Notes: generated by a model from the letters alone, not told the origin. DNA of 62,438 nucleotides, filler included, from Globobulimina sp. (GCA_003354225.1; 37 parts of 37 records of this genome joined end to end with filler, not necessarily neighbours in it), one strand, 5' to 3'. Counted from the whole stretch's first letter, positions 25,269 to 39,313 are shown. Numbers and translations: made by a program.

Positions 25269-25404
25269 NNNNNNNNNNNNNNNNNNNNNNNNNNNNNNNN
25301 NNNNNNNNNNNNTTAATTAATTAANNNNNNNNNNNNNNNNNNNNNNNNNNNNNNNNNNNNNNNNNNNNGCAGAATTAAGAGGAATTAAGATGTTAAAAAA
25401 AATA

Positions 25405-26433
25405 TTAGTGATTCTTGTTGATTATTTCCATTCGTTCAAAATATGAGCTATTTTTTGCAGTCAAAGTACGTCTTTTACCCCATACAATAACACTAAATCT
25501 TGGCCCGATTTGAGGACTTGTTTTTAATATCGAATGCTTAAATTTTTTATTTATCAATGATGTAAATGCAAATACATCACAGTTTTTTTGTTTGATTGGA
25601 AATGTTTGTTTTGTATCTTTATGCAAAAATGCTAAATCTCTTTTATTCCCAAATGATGCCCCGATGGTAATATCGCATTCTTCCGTATATTTATCACTGT
25701 GAAATGATGCATAATCTGTCCCATTTCTATATAAATTAATTATTGAATATTTCATATCCACTTCAAAATAATCTGTCAAGCTTTGAGTAATCATCTTAAA
25801 TGTTACAGATATACCTATAACATGAAAAAATTAAGTATAACGAAAGAAAAGTACAAGAAAATAATATTATACCATACCATCCTCAACGCAGTGTCTGTGA
25901 AGTGTGCCATCGGCTTCTTGTTGTTTCTCAAATATCATTAATCGATGAAATCTTTCTGTCATATCGTTTCCTTTTAAGTCTTTGATCAAATAATTAAATA
26001 ATGTAAAATCTTGATTACGGTTATTTTTGTTAAAGAATGATTCGATATAAACACAATTACCATTTAACATATATTTTAAATCATTGTTTAATTTTTGATC
26101 AAACATATTTTCTGGGTTTGATTTTAATAAATTATTTGCAAACATTTTTGCTTGATTCGTTTTCCTTCGCTTTGTTGACGATAATATTGTTTCTAAAATA
26201 GTTTCTTGATTTTGAACAATAATAGGAACCAATGATTTTGTTTTGGATTTTATAGTTACTATTTTCAAATTCTTTCTTTTAATCAATATTCGTTCTTTTG
26301 TTTTGTAGACATATACGGGATATCTATCTTCTTTCCAACGATAACTACCAATGATTTTGCATAACTCGCCATTCATATGACTCATACATATTAAACCTCT
26401 CAACAGACATTTGCTTCCCTTTTCAAGTGCCAT
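25405..26433 (-). CDS. AlkB-like 2OG-Fe(II) dioxygenase, intron 25815-25877
   Basis: NLYRNGTDYASFHSD (HxD), GASFG..R, HSI, GPRFSV. Confidence 0.85.
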
Positions 26434-26489
26434 TTGTTAAATATTTGTTATATCTAAAAAAAACTGTTTAGTGGAAGTGACTAAGATTT

Positions 26490-26840
26490 TCAGATGTTAA
26501 TTTTTGTCACATTTTGAAATGGTTTCTGACATCGCGGACATATTTTTGATGGTAACTTTTGTTGACAGTCACTACATAAATCACAATGTCCACATTCCAA
26601 AATTACGACATTTTTCGCATTTTTTAAACATATTATACAATATAATTTGTTCTCTAACAATCTCTCCTTTGCTTCATTTATCACATTTATTCCAGTTTGA
26701 AGTTTCAAATATAATCCATCCAATTCATCCAAACTGAATGTATTAATAATATCTGATTCACCATGACATAAACTTAATTTTTTATTAATTTCTTCCATTT
26801 CTTGTTTCAATTTTTTATTTTCTTCCATTATATCGGACAC
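26490..26840 (-). CDS. C3HC4 (IAP-type) RING finger protein, C-terminal part
   Basis: CIIC..NVVILECGHCDLCSDC..CPRC follows a coiled coil. Confidence 0.85.
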   Translation of the reverse strand: MSDIMEENKKLKQEMEEINKKLSLCHGESDIINTFSLDELDGLYLKLQTGINVINEAKERLLENKLYCIICLKNAKNVVILECGHCDLCSDCQQKLPSKICPRCQKPFQNVTKINI

Positions 26841-27468
26841 AGCCGTTCATTTTGAAACAACCGGTTCAAAAACACGGTCACAATTTGTAAAATAGCATGA
26901 AAATGTAAGTAGGTGATCCGCTAGAGTGTTTTTTCACGATTTCAAACATGTTGATGATNNNNNNNNNNNNNNNNNNNNNNNNNNNNNNNNNNNNNNNNNN
27001 NNTTAATTAATTAANNNNNNNNNNNNNNNNNNNNNNNNNNNNNNNNNNNNNNNNNNNNTGTTTTGATGGTCTATCTTGTTTTCTAACTTTCGTATTTTAT
27101 CGACGTATTTTGCTCTTTTTTTTTGATCTAACTTTCGACGTATTTTGCTATTTTATGTAATTTGATGATGAAAACTATTTTCAAAAACGATTTTATTGAC
27201 ATTTTGTATACTGATCGTATACTTGAACAGATTGTCGTGTTTCTCTTTAGTTGATTTGAGGTATAGCTATAACATATAATCTACAAACTCAATCCGAAAA
27301 AAAAACTTTTTATTTAGAGTGTGAAAATTGTATTTTTTTTGCCGTTTGAACAGCTAGCATCAAATTAGTAATTATAACATATAAATTAATAAGACATATA
27401 CATAAAGATACATTTAATTTGGTCATATAAAGAAACACCTATATAATTATAAATTGTATGTCATTATG

Positions 27469-28560
27469 TTAATGAGCATGGCCACCCACAGCATTTAACA
27501 GAATATTTGAGATATTAACGACCAAAAAGCCAGCAAATAATAGCATAATTGACACAGTATATATATTTTTATACGTTTTGCTGTTTTGATTCTTATTCAT
27601 ATCACAATGATTTTTCGCTGCAATAATCGCAGTGGGCAATAATTCCACAAATGAAATATATAGCATTATCCCGCCAGTCACACCAAATAAAATGGCCACA
27701 AAAGTATGTATAACTTTTTCCGATGAATAGCGAATGATTAACCAACCAATAAAAGCGCCGCCTGGATACACCGCAGCTGCTATAAAGCACAAAATAAATG
27801 GTTTTATCCTGGACCCCGTGGCGAGATACGTTGGCAGTGCAATACAAATACCACTCGGTATATCATGCAATGCCAAAGCAAAAGCCACCAAAACGCCAAA
27901 TTCCAAATCATGATATAATGAGACAAAGGTCGCGATTCCTTCAGGAAAATGATGCAATATCAAGGCAAAAGCGACAGAATATGAGACATGCGAATAATTT
28001 GTGGATGCTTCGGTAGCTTCTGTAGATTGTGATGTTTTTCTAGCAGATACTGATTCTGATGCTGATGAGTTATAATTTTTCATTGAAAGCTGTTCATTGG
28101 TGGTTGTAGCATCTGGAGAACTGATTGTTTTTGCTCGAACGGCTCCTTTATTAGAATTGGAATGGTTATGTACGTCAACACCAAAATGGTGAAAACATGT
28201 TTCCATCGCTAAGGTAAGGAATACACCGCCGATTACACATAATAAGGCATAGAAATCGGAATCAAACATCGCCACTGATTCAGGGATTAAATTAACGAAA
28301 GATAAATAAATAGTGACTCCCGCTGAGAATGCCAAGGAACATGGCAGGACACCAATTTGTTCTCTTTTTATACAAAATATTGAGAATGCTCCAAGGAAGG
28401 AAGCAAAGCCTGCGCATGTTGTGATTCCTATTGCTCGCCACACATCTTGCGACTCGTCATCGTGCTCATCCGCATCAGATTGTTGCGCAGATACTATGTA
28501 ATTGAAAATAAATATAGCAACAAAAACGTGTGGAATGTATGGCATTCTTTTTGAGCTCAT
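27469..28560 (-). CDS. ZIP-family (ZupT-like) metal transporter
   Basis: LHHFPEG, ALHDIPSG, GIMLYISFVELLP, a His-containing loop and a signal-like N-terminus. Confidence 0.95.
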   Translation of the reverse strand: MSSKRMPYIPHVFVAIFIFNYIVSAQQSDADEHDDESQDVWRAIGITTCAGFASFLGAFSIFCIKREQIGVLPCSLAFSAGVTIYLSFVNLIPESVAMFDSDFYALLCVIGGVFLTLAMETCFHHFGVDVHNHSNSNKGAVRAKTISSPDATTTNEQLSMKNYNSSASESVSARKTSQSTEATEASTNYSHVSYSVAFALILHHFPEGIATFVSLYHDLEFGVLVAFALALHDIPSGICIALPTYLATGSRIKPFILCFIAAAVYPGGAFIGWLIIRYSSEKVIHTFVAILFGVTGGIMLYISFVELLPTAIIAAKNHCDMNKNQNSKTYKNIYTVSIMLLFAGFLVVNISNILLNAVGGHAH

Positions 28561-28748
28561 TTTTTTGATGATTAGTTACTATACTTACTAACAGCTACAG
28601 AAAAAAAGCAAAATCTAAACACTTAATCTAAGAAAAAAGTGCTGATCANNNNNNNNNNNNNNNNNNNNNNNNNNNNNNNNNNNNNNNNNNNNTTAATTAA
28701 TTAANNNNNNNNNNNNNNNNNNNNNNNNNNNNNNNNNNNNNNNNNNNN

Positions 28749-30338
28749 ACTAAACGAACACCTAATGGCCGATATAATTGCCAAAGAGAATAGACTAGAT
28801 TTGCTGATAGCCAAAGAATCTCTTCTAATTGACACTTCTAATTGTATGAACTTTTCGACTGGCTGCGCCAATAGAGACTTAGTCCAGTTGCTCTCTCTTT
28901 CACGACCATAAAACGATTATTGTGTATGCCTGTATTGGTTTTTATCTAAGTTTGTGATATCAGCTGTTTTGAGTTTATACTAAATAGTATTGTGTATGAG
29001 TAAGTGATTTTTTGCTGTTGTGATTTTACCTGTATTGTGTCATAACTTATTACTTTTTAGTGTTCTGAAGTTGGTCCGAGTTTAGGGCCGAAATATAAAC
29101 ATTTTAACATCAAAATTGTCATCGCTGATTCCGTTTATTTAATATATTATGCCTGAAGAACGGCGATCTACATTTGATATAACTCCTTAATAGGTTCTAT
29201 TATATTATAACTCTATTAGGAATATTTGGCTATCTCCTAAATAGGTTGTATTATATGGCATAAATAAACAGAGAAACTATTATAATATAAACTAATGAAT
29301 AAAGATTACCTTTTATTTGTTGACAATTACCAAGTAGAATGCCACATTACTTGGTAAAACCATTATTATTACTTATTATTATTTATATATAAAAACAGTT
29401 TTAGCAATAAGAAAAGAATAAACAATTAAGTTATAAAGTAAACACTTTATTACTTACAGAGGTAACTGGCTCACAAATTAGAAATATTATTTATTATTTT
29501 TAATTACTATTATATTTAAAAACCGGGTGGAAGAATACACAAGAGAAATTAATTATTATAAGAGCAAAACAAGAGAGACAAAACAAGAGAGAAAAGGGCG
29601 GGCAAAACCTGCTCTCAGCACAGGAGAGGAGACTCTGCAATAGACAAGTGAGTGAGCAACCGGTTCTGTGTCAACACAGAAGCCCACTGCTCGGATTTGA
29701 ATTACAAAATACAACTCGGCCGCCAGAGAGGTCCTGCCGAGAGGCTCTACTGCAAGCTACGGTGCGCGCGAATTTAAACGCGGCAAGTAGAGATGTGATT
29801 AGCGATTTACGCTGCAGTAGATACTTAGTGGCGGCAATTATATGGTCGGCACTTTATACTGCTCGACCATTGCTCGCCCAACATAGTATACACAATAATG
29901 ATATAATAATATAAAATACACATAATAATAATACATATTTAATAATAATACACACTTAAATAATACTTACGAGATACAAAGGTACTTACGACATACTATT
30001 ATAATACATATTGATATAAGTACATAACACTCTTGGACTAAGAACGTCTCAAGAGGTTTTTAATAGTTAAACGCATATTATCATAATATGGTTTTTAGCA
30101 CATTTTAATATACATGACAAGATAATGACTGTTATGCGGCAATAAATTGCCTTACACAATACTATAATAATAAAATACACCTATAGCAGAGACAACGCAG
30201 ACAGAAGGGGTTGATGAGTGGAACAAGGTCTTTTTAGCATGACTCTTGAACCACTGATGATCTTCTATTTTTGACGGTTTTGCGACATCCCCAAACTTTG
30301 TGGCGATCCAGTCCCTGGTTCGTCGGTGATATCTTCCT
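28749..30338. other. Largely non-coding contig of different sequence style (possibly another eukaryote)
   Basis: No credible long ORF. TpA-rich tracts surround a GC-richer island at about 29590-29880. A possible minus-strand exon lies at about 30180-30338. Confidence 0.4.
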
Positions 30339-30681
30339 NNNNNNNNNNNNNNNNNNNNNNNNNNNNNNNNNNNNNNNNNNNNTTAATTAATTAANNNNNN
30401 NNNNNNNNNNNNNNNNNNNNNNNNNNNNNNNNNNNNNNAGGATTATTTCTTCGCCCATTATGCGAAACAATATGTGTGTGGAAAGGCTCTGTGAAATTTT
30501 AGATGTTTAAATTTCTGAAAGTTGGTGGATGGCTAGTTCACTTAAAGAAAACTTCAATATCTAACATCAAGGTGGGGCTGGGTAACTTTTGTAATACAAT
30601 ACCGTCCTTTGTTGAATATTATTTACATATAACCGTGTTCGATCTGATTGTGTTTTGAATGAAAATAAACGCGTGTTCTGA

Positions 30682-32028
30682 TTGTGTTTTGAATTATTTT
30701 CAATCCAATATTTATCAAAAAAAAATGCTTGTTCAGAGTTGATTTTACTACAAAACTCTTTGAGCATGTCGTTACTTCTTTTGATTGTATTTCGACATTT
30801 AGACACGCAATTAAGTGATGATGAGTTTTTTAATCAATTTACTAAATCTGTTGGAAGAGAATTAATCACAAAATTATTATTCAATCATTTTAACAGTAAT
30901 CCCAGCCAAATATCAACAATTACAAACATTCAATCCGGTATTATCACAAAAAGAGAAGAAAATCAACAAATATTACCGTATGATTGTATCGATGCATTCC
31001 CATCAGAAATAATTAATGAATGTGGATCGTATTTACATTATAAAGAATATTATCGATTGGCTAAATGCAACAGAAAAACATATATTGCATGTTTTGCATC
31101 TCCTAAAATACAGGAATTAGATTTGAATCTTTTTATTCGGTCTAGATCTGAATCAATCCATTTCAATGCATTTAAAAATATTGGCAAATTATCAATGTAT
31201 ATCAACGTTTTCAATGCTTTATCAGCATCAAAAAAGCGAACATGGTCTAATAATGATTCATTGCATACATTGGAATTACGTAATACCAATAACCATGAAA
31301 CATTATCGTTCATTAATCAACATTTAATTAATTACAATGCCATTACAACATTAATCCTTTATTGCTTCACACCGGAATTAATTCAAGCTTTAGCATCAAA
31401 CTTACAATTTACACAAATTCAAACTTTGGAGCTTCGTGGCATCAAATTAAGTGCCGATTATCATTCAAAGTTAATCGAAAAAACTGAAATAAAAAAATGG
31501 TTTCCATTTGTAAAACGATTAATTATTTATGGCTCCTCCCACAATGCAATATTTCCAGGTATTATTGAAGCATTACATAATGAAATAGAATCATTAAAAG
31601 TTGTTAATATTAACGCAGCAATTCCATCAAATATAACGTATCCAAAATTGCAATCAGTGGAGTTGCGGTATCCAAACGATGTGATTTTTTAAAAAAAAAT
31701 GCCAGAGACACTGCTGAAACATGTTTCACTTATCTGCGATTGTGAGAATATTATAATAACTGCGTTTATTGAGAATACAATCTGTAAACAATTAGCATTG
31801 GAACATGTTACATTTGGTGCAGTTGGGGGTAATCCGCTTTATATTTTACAACAACTCGAAAGTGTATTGATAAGAAACAGAAATAAACCAAAATGTAAAA
31901 GGTTACGTATTGGGGTTCTATGTCATTCTCCTGACGTTTATAAATTCATTCAATCCAATACTCATACCGATGTTTTTGGTGATCATAAGAAGGAATTTGG
32001 AGTGCGCCTATTCAGAGTAAGCAATGCA
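30682..32028 (+). CDS. F-box-like plus LRR-like protein, in-frame TAA at 31690
   Basis: IDAFPSEIINECGSYL..LAKCNR is F-box-like, followed by LxxLxL repeats. ORF 31699 continues in the same frame after a T/A homopolymer junction. Confidence 0.6.
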
Positions 32029-32128
32029 NNNNNNNNNNNNNNNNNNNNNNNNNNNNNNNNNNNNNNNNNNNNTTAATTAATTAANNNNNNNNNNNNNNNN
32101 NNNNNNNNNNNNNNNNNNNNNNNNNNNN

Positions 32129-33690
32129 ACTCGTCATTGCCCTTAATGTAACCTTTGTTCTTCTCTTCGTTATTGCCGTACCATAGCTCGTAATCGTCCT
32201 CGTTATCCACCACAAACTCGTCATAAAACTTAAAAAAAGGGATCGGCGCCAATACACTCAGCACCACCGATGTCCAAAACAAAAAGTGTACCAACAATGC
32301 GTCTTTTATTAGCAACCTGGATTTGAACACAGGCGAATATAATTCGGCAGAGATGATCAATAATTCGATGGTGGACTCGACAAAGCGCGATAAGGTATAG
32401 GTGGTGATGCGAAAGGAAGCGTATTTATCCTTATTCATAGAGATGATTTCCGCATCGATTTTGAGTATTTTATTCACGATCTTCTCCACGATGATAAAGA
32501 TGATAATCAACGGCGCGCCGAATATGATAATGACGGCCAAGTGTAGCTTATGGATGCTGTTTAGATAGGTTTCGGTGAGCGAGATCTTGCCGAATGGGGC
32601 AGAGTAATCGGGGAATATCAGCAGAGATTGATAGATTAAATTAAGTGGCTCCGCGTCGCTGTTACCTAATTGGTACGGTCCGCTGTACGCAATGATGGGG
32701 ATTAACAGTATAAAAAACAACAAATACCATGGAAATAATGCAATTAAAAAGGATAAGATGATGATGCGACTGATGCAGGAAAAGATGCGATAGGCAAAGT
32801 TGGAAATGTATAGAAATGCGCCCAATTTGCCGTCGTCGGTGGCTAAGGTGCGATGGTCGTACAATGAGAGGGAGAACACGATGGTCAGTATGGATATGAA
32901 TAAGGTGACGGTGAAATAGATATGGATGTGTGTGGCGGACGTCTCGTTGTCGATGGCCAACAGGGAGACCACCATAAGAATGGCAAAGGGAAAGGATTGC
33001 AGCAACGTTCTCATCTGTGTATATACACATTTGTGTACGTCTGTATGTACGCAAAATCGCAGTAGAAATTGGCAGCATACCTTGGAGAACCAGGCGAATT
33101 CGGGAAGGATTATTTTGGTGTGTTCCCAGTTCCAGAGCCAAGGCGCTAACTCCATTACGTAGCCGAAGTCAAAAAAGAACTGTAGCCAACAATAGGAGAG
33201 ACAGGAACGGTTATTGCTGGATAGTTGGTCTATGTTATTGTTATGGTGGTGGTCCAGCGTGGTGACGTCCTGACCGTTTTCATTGATGATTTCATTGATG
33301 ATGGGGTTGTTTTGCGCGGATTGTTTGACCGATTTGGAGTAGGAATAGCGAGGTAAGGAGTAGTAGATGGTGAGAAAGGATATGATTCGGTATGATAGCA
33401 ATATAAATAGACATATTAATAGATATTGTTCCTGTAAATTCCAGCGCTGACTGTCTCGAATCATTTCGACCAATAATCCCAAATGAAGACCTTTACGGTG
33501 TACGATATGCGATATATACAATTATGAAGTGCGAGGATAGCAGATAGGATATATTATATATGCATGGCATACCAGCATCGACAGAATGTAATATTGCAAT
33601 AAAACATTCCCAGTTTGAGACGGGTGCTCCATATGGAACGGAGGTATGTAATTGTTGATGAATTTGGGTTAAGTCGACGGATTCGCTCAT
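32129..33690 (-). CDS. XK-related-like multi-pass membrane protein with introns (one is 33015-33080); 3'-partial
   Basis: Many TM helices. TLLQSFPFAILM resembles the XK ESxPQ region. GT-AG introns are visible. Confidence 0.55.
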
Positions 33691-33818
33691 TATATGACTG
33701 CTGCGGCCGTTTGTGTTTNNNNNNNNNNNNNNNNNNNNNNNNNNNNNNNNNNNNNNNNNNNNTTAATTAATTAANNNNNNNNNNNNNNNNNNNNNNNNNN
33801 NNNNNNNNNNNNNNNNNN

Positions 33819-34058
33819 TGAATTATAGATTTCTAATAATAAGCCAGAAGGAATTTGCATGCATAAATAACTAATATACAAACTGGTTGACAGTAATCCA
33901 ATTCCTGAAGACGTTGTATTTAAATCGTTTTGCAATGCATCAGTTATTGGCGACAATGATCCACGATATGTAAAGCCCAATGAATATCCGAACGAACAGA
34001 CAGCAAGAGATATATAGTCAAAATAACTATATTTACTACTTGACATGGAACGTGACAA
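33819..34058 (-). CDS. MFS transporter N-terminus (partial)
   Basis: YRGSLSPITDALQNDL..IGLLST..SYLCMQIPSGLL. Confidence 0.85.
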
Positions 34059-34171
34059 TTATTCTAAGTTTTTTCCTAACTAGACATGAATATATCATGA
34101 TGGATTTGGACAAAATGACAAATACAAGTACAGACAAAAAGAATTTAAAAACTTAAACATATAAATAATAA

Positions 34172-35274
34172 TTAGTTAGGTGACCAATCAAAACATTTGC
34201 TCCACGAATACAATATCAACTGCACACATAAAACCATCACAAAAACAACTGATAAACAAATTGTGCTACAAAACCATAAATTGTTATTAAATTCCTGCAA
34301 CTGACTTTTATTCATAGCCTCAGCCTTTTCATCCATTGTAACATTATGCCGTTGCCACATTTTATCAATCTCTGCCTCCAATTTTCTGTGTTTATCGCGT
34401 GCCAAATCCCGTGACAATGTTTCATTTTGTTTAAATAATTCAAAGTCTCGTGCTAATTCTAATAATTTTTCCTTTTCTTGAACCAATGCACCGATAATAT
34501 TTCTACTTTTTGTTTCATTTTGTTTCAATGATTCCAAGTCTTGTGCTAATTTTTCTTTTTCTTGAACAAATGTACCGATAACATTTCTACTTTTTGTATC
34601 ATATAATTTCACCATAAAATAAAAAAGATTTTGGTCTTCATCATCATCATCAACATCAAAATTGGATAGTTTTACACTTAAATCGAAACCATGGCCATCT
34701 ACTTTCAAATATTTATTACGCGACGATTTAATTAAAATGATATTATTATCAACAACTTCAATGTCAAACATTTCATCCTGTCCCAAATGTCGTGTTAGAA
34801 CAATTTCATCATTTGGATTAGCACTCAAATAAAGTGTTTCATGATCATTGATGATACCTAACGGTACTTCGAATTCAATTGCAACTTTATTGTGATTTTT
34901 ATCGATATCAGAAATATTAATAATTTTAAATTGTTCCCATTGATTACAATGAAATGCGTGCCCAATGATTCCGGTAACATTAGCTGCTACTTCATGATCA
35001 TGGAGGAGTCGTAGTAGTTGGTCTGATATACTTAAATAGGATTGAAAGCCTGTTTCAATGCATACTGGTTTACCAAGAAAGGAATCAGTGAATATTTGCT
35101 GTAGAATATTTTAATTAATTTTGACAATATTTTAGTAATCAGTATAAATGCAATACCTGTTTGGTTGATGTTGTCGTATTTATTGTGAAGACTACGATGA
35201 AGAAACAAAACTTGACCATGTTTATTGCACGCGCTCTTCAAAAACTTTAGATGTTCAGTTTTGTTTTGGCTCAC
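34172..35274 (-). CDS. Fascin-like beta-trefoil, coiled coil and C-terminal TM protein (spliced)
   Basis: The frame is open upstream of the ORF call (QWEQFKII..KVAIE..YLSANP; IKSSRNKYLKV). The coiled-coil unit is duplicated and there is a tail anchor. Confidence 0.5.
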
Positions 35275-35512
35275 AGTAAAAATCAGCTATGATGGCTACT
35301 GACTACTGAAGACAAACAGCATTTGGAATCTGAATTCAGTGAATTGGAGGTAAACATGGAAGAAAAGCATGATGAAAACATGAAAATTGCACAGCTCAAA
35401 CAGGAGAANNNNNNNNNNNNNNNNNNNNNNNNNNNNNNNNNNNNNNNNNNNNTTAATTAATTAANNNNNNNNNNNNNNNNNNNNNNNNNNNNNNNNNNNN
35501 NNNNNNNNTAAT

Positions 35513-35552
<40 letters not shown>

Positions 35553-36025
35553 CGTTATAAATATTAATGCAATCTACTTATTATTTATGTGGATATTTCC
35601 TGTGTGTGTATTATTTGTAACATTACGCTTCTAATTTAAAAATGTTTCATTTTCCATTTTATGCAATTCTTGCGTTGTTATAGCACGTGTTTCTCAAATA
35701 AAAATCATCATTAATGTACCGCTTTTTTTGATATCTGTGACAATTAACTTGTTTTGGTGTAATGTACATGATGCCAGTTAACGCTTCGGTTTTTGGTCAA
35801 GGATTACTCAATCTGTGAGTTTGGAATCGGACTTACATCCTGATTGAATTTTGTACCACTACACTCATTTTTTTGACCATACAATGTACCTAACATTTGC
35901 CATATACATTTCACCTGGATTCGCCATCAAATTCAAAATAAATTCAATGTGCAGCTGCTTAACAATTTTATTATACAAAAAACCTACTCAATCTAGTTTC
36001 TTTATCATCACTTCTTCAAAACAAA

Positions 36026-37098
36026 ATGAGTTTATCTGATTCAGATGGGGCGCTAGCGGTATGATGCTTTTTATTCCATACAGTTCCTGCTGTGCATAGT
36101 CCAGGAACCAACCATGTCAAAATACGAATGCTGTACACAAACCAACACACAAAAAAATAACAGGATGAAGAATTTACAATTTTAGTCGCCTCCCGCGCCG
36201 ATCTCTCATCACCACCACGAAAAAGACGTCGCTTAAACAACAACAAAACCCAAGCACACGAATCCGACGATTCCTCCGCCGAAGACAATCAATCCTCCAC
36301 CGAAGAAAACCAATACTCGGACAAAGAAAATCAAACTCAAATCAACATAAAAAAAAACAACAAAAAACGCCGACGACCATTAAAATCAAGAAACAAACCC
36401 AACGCAAATAGCACAGACAACAACAACACCGATGTAACCTTCAACGATTCAATCCCACCCGGTGCCATCTGCCGGTTACATTTAATAAATTTCCTCTGCC
36501 ACTCCAACTTCTCCATCGAATTCCATCCAAACGTAAACATCATTTACGGCCAAAATGGCAGTGGCAAATCCGCCGTGGAAGCAGGCATTTCCATGGCCTT
36601 AGGCCAAAGCAGCAAAAAAACCGGGCGTGGCAACAACATCACCGATGTCATTAAATTCGGTGCAGATTTCGCTGTCATCCAACTGTATCTCCACAATGGC
36701 GGTCCCGAGAAAATTCCCGAGTTTGGCCGACAAATCCTGATTGAACGCAGACTAACCCGTACCGGCAAGAATGGCGTCTCTAACATCAAAGTAATGGACA
36801 GTGTTACAGGCAAAACCTGTACAAAACTCAGAGGCTTGAAAGCGGTGCGTGCGATTTCGGACCAATTCAATTTAAATGTGGATAATCCGTGCGTTATATT
36901 GAAACAATCGGTGGCCAAAAGGTTCCTAAACTCCACCAAAAACACGGATAAGTTCAAGTTTTTTATGCAAGCCTCCAAATTGCAAAACTACATCGACGCT
37001 TTGAACGAGGCGCGATTTAATGTACGCGAAGCACTGCAACGACAGAAGCAAACCAAAGGGTCATTTACTGCCATTAAAACGAAATATTTTGAGGCAAA
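36026..37098 (+). CDS. SMC6: SMC6-like (SMC5/6) ATPase N-terminus, intron 36059-36163; 3'-partial
   Basis: GAICRLHLINFLCH, Walker A YGQNGSGKSA, NVDNPCVILKQ, KFKFFM. Confidence 0.85.
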
Positions 37099-37198
37099 NN
37101 NNNNNNNNNNNNNNNNNNNNNNNNNNNNNNNNNNNNNNNNNNTTAATTAATTAANNNNNNNNNNNNNNNNNNNNNNNNNNNNNNNNNNNNNNNNNNNN

Positions 37199-38495
37199 TT
37201 CACAACCAATGCCGCAAGAATCCGTACCAGTGCAACATGAATCAGTACCAATGCACCAAGAGGAAAAAGTGCAAGTAATAGAACGGGAAATGCAACCACC
37301 AATTAATGAAAATATTATCTCCCAACAAGAACCAGAACAAGCACCACAACCAAATTTACCACCAGATATCCCCGAAGATTCACCACATGAAAATGAGCAA
37401 AAAAATGTACAACACCAACCAGCACAGCAAGAACAGCAACAGGCAACACATGAAAATGAACGAATGATGGTTGATAATCAACAACAGCCACAATCACAAC
37501 CTCAGCCACAATCACACGCACCACAACAACCACAACGACACATACCAGAACAAGCGGTATATGACAATAAGATGATGCTTGATGAGCGAGAAGAAATTGT
37601 TGTAGAACAACAGGGAAATATCTTCCAAACCCAACCGCCGCCACAAACACAACCACAACCACAACAATTACCTGAACCAATGGAGACCGATGACATCGAA
37701 CCGCCACAACCACCAACACAACAACGATATGTCCCACATCACCTAACACCGACAAATAACAACTCCAATAATCAGAATGCGAACGAAAATCCGAACAATG
37801 TATGTGTCGCATTACATTTATCTAAATCAAATACAAAATACGAACTACGAAAATGCAAACAGATGATACCGGAATTAGTGCAATGTAAGAATTTATTGAA
37901 TGAGTTTATGAAAAGACCGGAGACAGAGCCGTTTAACGAACCCGTTGATTGGAAAGGTTTAAATCTTCCCAATTATCCATTGATAATCACGAGACCGATG
38001 GACTTAGGCAGCATATTACACAAATTAGAGGTGCATAAATATAAAACCGCGGACCAGTTTGCGACCGACGTCCGTTTGGTATTTAAGAATGCAAAGACCT
38101 ACAACCAAGTGGCCAGTGGCATTTATGTGGTGGCCGAGAATTTATTGAAGCAATTTGAGCGGAGATTTGCTCGAATCCGAAAGAACAACGGGAATAAGAA
38201 AAGGAAGTATGCGGAGAAGATCAGCAATGGACAGGAATCGAGTTATAAACAACGGAAGGAATTCACGACATTGATACAGTCGTTGACTCCAAATGAATTG
38301 GGTGGTATCGTCGAATTGATTGATAAGAAATCGCCAATGGCACTCAATGACAGCCCCGGTGATGGCAATGATGAGTTAGAGATTGAGGTGTATCATATTG
38401 ATGGACCGACCTTAACTGATTTGATATTACACATTGAGAAAACCATTGCAAAGAGAGGGAAAAGGAAGAAAAAAGCGTATGATGCGGGGTATTGA
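37199..38495 (+). CDS. Bromodomain plus ET-domain (BET/GTE-like) protein, 5'-partial
   Basis: PFNEPVD, YPLIITRPMDLGSI, VFKNAKTYN. ET domain: LGGIVELI..ELEIEV. Confidence 0.92.
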
Positions 38496-38888
38496 AGACA
38501 TACAACTTAAAAAAAAACAAGTCATAATTTATTGTTTATTTTCATAATTTAATATTTGGTGCTGTGGCAAATTTAAAAAATGTTGCGATTTTCCGTGACC
38601 GTCATCTCATGCTCGAGAGTTTTGCAGTCCTCTTCCGTATTGAGATAAAACAAAATAACTACAACATATAAATTATTTATGGTAATAATATTTACGTATC
38701 AAAACATAAGCAGGGACACCATGTTTTGCAAAGACTCTCACCCTATACTTTTGTTTTAAAAAGACTGTTTTTGTCAAAATCATGTCGTNNNNNNNNNNNN
38801 NNNNNNNNNNNNNNNNNNNNNNNNNNNNNNNNTTAATTAATTAANNNNNNNNNNNNNNNNNNNNNNNNNNNNNNNNNNNNNNNNNNNN

Positions 38889-39313
38889 GCTGGGAAACGT
38901 TATAATTTTTTGTAAGTTTTAGTATAATTTCATTGATGGTGTTGCCACAAATTAAGACATCATAAATGGATTTGGTTAACATTGATCGACTGCATATTTG
39001 ATGTGCGATCTCTTCATTTGGTAATTGTGCAAATATAAATGGATCGTGTAAGTTTTTTTGTTTTTGCGATTTGTTGATTCCGTTTGGAAATGGATTCTTA
39101 TGTCCGTATAAACTGCACAATGATTCAAATTCTTCCAATCTAAAATCCTTTTATTTATTTATTATTTATTTTTGTTTTTATAATTAATAAATTTATGCTG
39201 AAGATTCTATGGAATTTTCTAAATTATAAAGGAAAATAAATGCTGTCAGTTATTTTACTTACTACATATCCATGACGATCAAAATGATAAAATAATACTA
39301 AATAGTTCTTCAT
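38889..39313 (-). CDS. TRM11: tRNA m2G10 methyltransferase TRM11 N-terminus, intron 39148-39262
   Basis: Spliced reading MKNYLVLFYHFDRHGYV/DFRLEEFESL..PFIFAQLPNEEIAHQICSRSMLTKSIY. Confidence 0.75.

Noticed and set aside
707-31692. Genome-wide TAA-to-Gln reassignment (ciliate-type code)
   Set aside because: In-frame TAAs are rare, CAA is abundant, long ORFs are open in the standard code, and TAA ends conserved genes (GPx, ZIP, DYW, Tim10).
35509-35549. Poly-T tract as a retroposon tail
   Set aside because: It sits at a contig edge with no TSD or element body identifiable.
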